Origin: Geosiphon pyriformis uo1
Lineage: Eukaryota > Fungi > Glomeromycota
Direction: 5' to 3'
Length of the DNA: 64,000 nucleotides
NCBI GenBank assembly: GCA_016748015.1
Contig: JAAOMT010000617.1
Coordinates: forward strand, 690,635 to 754,634
Positions 62,801 to 64,000 of the stretch are shown here, piece after piece (position 1 is the first letter of the stretch; every line of letters begins with the position of its first letter). The notes beneath the pieces were generated by a model. It did not search any database, was not told the DNA's origin, and saw only the letters and a list, made by a program, of their open reading frames with translations. The position numbers and the translations under genes were made by a program.

Positions 62801-64000
62801 AATTAGATGATCTGGAATTTTATTTACCTTAAAAACATGCTGAGCCAAAGAACTGTTTATAATTATAGCCATACCAGCACCAAGAAAACCAACATTCAAA
62901 CCAAAAATAAAAATTCGAATTCCATTAAACTTATTTATAATTTATGACTTAATACTAAATCTTAATTTAGTTTTTATGATAATTGAAATTATATTCTCCA
63001 ATTTCTTATGTTAACAAACAACATCTTTCTATTTGGCAAAGACATTAATACTCCAAATATTATATGTAGCAATCTTCCAAACCAAATCTGTCATTGAGAA
63101 AAATAAGTTCTTAATCCTATAACAAAATTGTTAACTTTGGCCAAAAAACCCATAATTGTATTTGAGAAACTTATCAAGCTGTTTTCTTATTTAAAAACCA
63201 TTAACAAATTTACAGATATTACTTTTATAGCAGTCTTGTCACTAGTAATTGCGCCCAAATTCTCACTTATTACTATATCTATCTTTTGATTTTGTAATGA
63301 AAAAGTTACTAATGGTTGACATCCAAGACTAAACTAGGAAACCATTGGTTCAAGTGTATCCAATCTCTTAACCAGCTTGTTAACTTGTTTTACAAAGCTG
63401 ATGAAACTGTATTCAAAAGTAACAAATCTATTATTTAAGTTCAAAAAAACCAGCAAAAGAGGTTTAATATCTGAAAATAGACCAGCACTAGAGAAAACCA
63501 AAGACATTACACAAGAAGTAAAACTATTAACAATTTAAGCCCAAGTTTTTTTATCAAATGAAACCAGACAAGCAATTAGTACCTGTTTTTTTATATATGT
63601 TTACTAAATGAATCTGATTCTGAGAATTGATTACTTATTTACTACAATCACTCAGATATTTACATACTAAACACACAATAAAAACATAACTAAATTGTTT
63701 GTATTAAGTACAACAGATTAAAAAAAGACCAGCTCAGTACAAATTCACACTCTTAAAAACCAAAGTAGAACTAATAGCAGTCTTCTTAAATGCTTTATTA
63801 ATAAAACAAACCACAACATATTTGTTATATACATATAAATTTAGATTATGGCCAATAAAACAAGTCTTTCTATCATATAATTTTAACAAACCAGAAAAAT
63901 TATGAGCAGTAGTGTTAATTGACAAAGTATACAACAAAGCTCAATAAAAATTTCTAAATACTCACAATTTTTTATTATTAACTGTCAAAGTTATATGCAC

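Larger units (their letters stand above)
50571..64000 (-). mobile_element. Second LINE of the same type (LINE-2 of this window), decayed, interrupted by copy A; 5' end off the window
   Basis: 32-T tract at 50571-50602 is the poly(A) tail. Homologous 3' UTR. RNase H and C-terminal region 50750-52730, RT/APE 60447-63094, ORF1 from 63091 onward (LYTLSINTTAHN matches the 35931 ORF). Confidence 0.9.

Overview
AT-rich eukaryotic DNA, most likely from an early-diverging (Glomeromycotina-type) fungus. This is inferred from the intron style, the TRA2 and VRG4 homologues and the transposon families. About 90% of the window is nested, decayed retroelements around one ~5-kb gene island (45.2-50.3 kb) holding a TRA2-type SR splicing factor (+) and a GDP-mannose transporter VRG4 (-). 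Ty3/Gypsy family 1 has three copies with both LTRs (4509-12133 -, 24368-32174 -, 52731-60442 +), four partial copies and a solo LTR. Ty3/Gypsy family 2 has a solo LTR, a 5' fragment and an internally deleted two-LTR copy with a dUTPase motif remnant. There is also a probable third-family solo LTR, two APE-RT-RNase H LINEs, and an ORF1-only element that shares 5' and 3' terminal sequence with the LINE. Main points of interest: (1) repeat-restricted C>T/G>A hypermutation in all dinucleotide contexts, resembling RIP; (2) the ORF1-only LINE partner; (3) an unusual Gypsy layout with a -1 frameshift site, Cys/His inserts, integrase outside the RT-RNase H frame, an extra 3' ORF, 4-bp N-Y-R-N target duplications and variable 12-bp LTR arrays. 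Coordinates and counts were read by eye; no searches were run.
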